Positions 62,089-64,000 of a stretch of 64,000 bases of DNA are shown in pieces. The position numbers were made by a program, and so were the translations under genes. Every line of letters starts with the position of its first letter. Positions within the stretch are counted from its first letter, which is position 1. The stretch is from a virus. The stretch is taken from the IMG/VR virus record IMGVR_UViG_3300048091_000425. One strand, given 5' to 3'. The notes beneath the pieces were generated by a model, which saw nothing but the letters and a program-made list of their open reading frames with translations, ran no database searches and was not told the DNA's origin.

Positions 62089-62736
62089 CTAAACGAGCCC
62101 CGCCTCACGCAATGCGGTCATCTCGTCCAGCGGCACCGGACGTCCAAGAATCGACTCATGGTAGAGATAATTCGAGAGAATCAGGTGATCTGACTTGATG
62201 GATACCCGTCCGAACTCACCTAAAAAGCCACATAACAGAGGATCAAGCTCGTTGAGCAGGATCGTCAGGGGCTTTTGCGGGATGTACAGGTACGGTCGCT
62301 GGTGCACGGCGGCGTAGAGACTGATCAGTATCGTCCGCCAATAATGCGATTCCTGGCACGCCGGGTCTGGATCGAGCTCATGCCAAAGGCGATCCACCTC
62401 TTGATCCGTTGGGTTCTTGAACAAAATCTCAAGCCCCCTACACCCTGTTTCCGTCCACTTTTGCTTCAGCTTGTGCCAGTCTTTATCTGGCTCCCTTGCC
62501 ACGCAGAGCGTCAGGCCCAAGAAGAGCTGCTTGTAGACCTTGTCGAGTTCTGGTGGTGGCGTGTCATCAAACGGGAATCCAAGCGCTGCCCTTACGCTTT
62601 CAGGGGTAGCATCAAGCATTACAACCTCGGCTATGGATTTTAAGGTGAAGGCGTGGAAATGTTCGGAACGAGCTCTAGGCGAGCTTTTAAGTTCGGTTGC
62701 TGAGCCTTGTACTTCTCCGCGAAACCAGGTTCCCAC
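62089..62736 (-). CDS. Hypothetical protein
   Basis: 215 aa ORF. Confidence 0.55.
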   Translation of the reverse strand: MGTWFRGEVQGSATELKSSPRARSEHFHAFTLKSIAEVVMLDATPESVRAALGFPFDDTPPPELDKVYKQLFLGLTLCVAREPDKDWHKLKQKWTETGCRGLEILFKNPTDQEVDRLWHELDPDPACQESHYWRTILISLYAAVHQRPYLYIPQKPLTILLNELDPLLCGFLGEFGRVSIKSDHLILSNYLYHESILGRPVPLDEMTALREAGLV

Positions 62737-63134
62737 GGAAATTTACCGGTAGCGTCCGGCCAGGCCATTTGCATGTACTGTGGAGTCTTTCCGGTGCCGG
62801 CGTAGTAGCGTTCGGTGCCATAGGCATACTGGGCGGCAAGCTTTCTGTTCGCCTGAACCACGTGCATCGACATGGTGAACCACTCATCGGTAACGAACGG
62901 GCCGGGCTGGCGAGTCTTGGCAATGACCATTTCGTGGAAAACCTGGTTCATCCGGCGCCAAATAAGCTCCGAATCCAAGCCCAGGCAGATCAACTCCGGC
63001 AGGCCATGTTCGGTAAATCCACAGGTAATGGTGCGAACTTGCCCATGTTCACCGCCGCAATCGCGCAAAACTATGAGTCCGCACCGCTTGATGGTTTCTC
63101 GAATGTCTTGATTGCTGGCCTGGAACATAAACAA
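62640..63134 (-). CDS. DUF4262-family protein
   Basis: T.G....GLPELICLGL; QM.WPD..G.FPWE. Confidence 0.75.
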   Translation of the reverse strand: MFMFQASNQDIRETIKRCGLIVLRDCGGEHGQVRTITCGFTEHGLPELICLGLDSELIWRRMNQVFHEMVIAKTRQPGPFVTDEWFTMSMHVVQANRKLAAQYAYGTERYYAGTGKTPQYMQMAWPDATGKFPWEPGFAEKYKAQQPNLKARLELVPNISTPSP

Positions 63135-63168
63135 AACCCTTTGTGAATGACCGGCATACTACCTCAAA

Positions 63169-63836
63169 TTATTCCGAACGCCCATCCGGGTCATCGGCGA
63201 TCAGTCGATTGCCAATATCGGTAAGAGAGTCTTGCGGCCTCCCCCACACCCAGCGCTCCATCACTCCAGCTGCTGCGATCTGCAAACTCTCCAAAGTGCT
63301 CAGGACATTCATGCTCTCGCAGACCACCTGAATAAGGTCGTCCCGGCTAAGGTCTTCAACTTGCACCGCCTGACCATTGATCCACGTCTGATAGCCAGTC
63401 GAGTCAATTTTCTTTTCGATACGGTTCGGGATGTCCATTGTGCTCTCGCTAGAAATGAAAAAAGGCCCGACGAATGCGGGCCTTTGATTGGATCAGGTTA
63501 ACGTGCCGATTTGCGCGACCAGAGTTCAACGCCGCTCAGCGTCAACAGCGAGCAGACTGGGGGCAGCAGGGCCAACCACCAGTACTCCAACGCACCTTTG
63601 ACTACGTAGTAGAAGTTAGAGACAAAGCCGTCATCTGGGTTGCCCAAGAACAGGTTGAAGGCCATATGGCCTAACGTCCACGCCAAGCTAACCATCAAGA
63701 CGAAAACCAAGCCCATCAGTACGGATGTTAGCGGGGAAGCCAGAAAAACGTATTTCTTCTGGCCTTTGCTCATGCCTCGCCAGTGTGCAAGGATGACATC
63801 AGTGCGTTTTTGCGACGCTGCATTACGCATGCTCAA
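63169..63836 (-). other. Small hypothetical genes (63169-63438; membrane 63498-63836)
   Basis: Co-oriented ORFs with RBSs. Confidence 0.5.
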
Positions 63837-64000
63837 ACTCCTTTTTGATTACTGCTTCAAAAGTCAGTGCCGGCTGGAGCCCCATACTGATCGCCCACGA
63901 ACCCAAGTAGACAACAATGGTGCAACCCAAAGGCCCCATCACCATGGCGATATTCCAATGGCGCAGAAGGAAATCACTGACCACAGGAGCGATCTGCATA

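Noticed and set aside
1-64000. Jumbo-phage genome interpretation
   Set aside because: No capsid, tail, terminase or polymerase genes; pilus, secretin, T4CP-domain, Dsb and TA genes favour a conjugative replicon, though a phage-plasmid cannot be excluded from this window alone
1-64000. tRNA, rRNA, IS or integrase genes
   Set aside because: No cloverleaf/TpsiC motif or transposase/recombinase ORF recognised by eye; a tRNAscan/Infernal run would be needed to exclude small RNAs

Overview
This window looks like part of the accessory/leading region of a large conjugative Pseudomonas-type replicon, most likely a megaplasmid. It is dense in small, tightly coupled ORFs arranged in alternating strand blocks. 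I found no tRNA/rRNA, transposase, integrase or phage structural genes. Recognisable genes: MazEF, a CoaD-CoaE fusion, FolA, NADAR, nucleoside 2-deoxyribosyltransferase, a HAD hydrolase, an ImmA/IrrE peptidase, a DsbC-like protein, a BamE-like lipoprotein, four secretin-domain-only paralogues and three tandem PilV-like pilus adhesins. The standout is a cas-less, type I-F-like CRISPR mini-array at 14285-14552 (five 28-bp repeats, four 32-bp spacers, I-F-like leader). Its repeats keep the stem but vary the loop. Spacer 2 matches the replicon's own coaD-coaE gene ~1 kb upstream at 29/32 nt, with a canonical I-F CC PAM and two seed mismatches. Other unexplained structures: two stand-alone DotL/TrbC all-alpha domains apparently inserted in HSP20-like folds; a Cas4-like nuclease split over two coupled genes (one with a CFI-box-CTERM tail, one with a TM anchor); a four-HTH protein; a 14-bp operator in the spacer of several sigma70 promoters; a 22-bp palindrome array; and a recurring intergenic 11-mer. 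All family assignments come from motif recognition by eye, not database searches.
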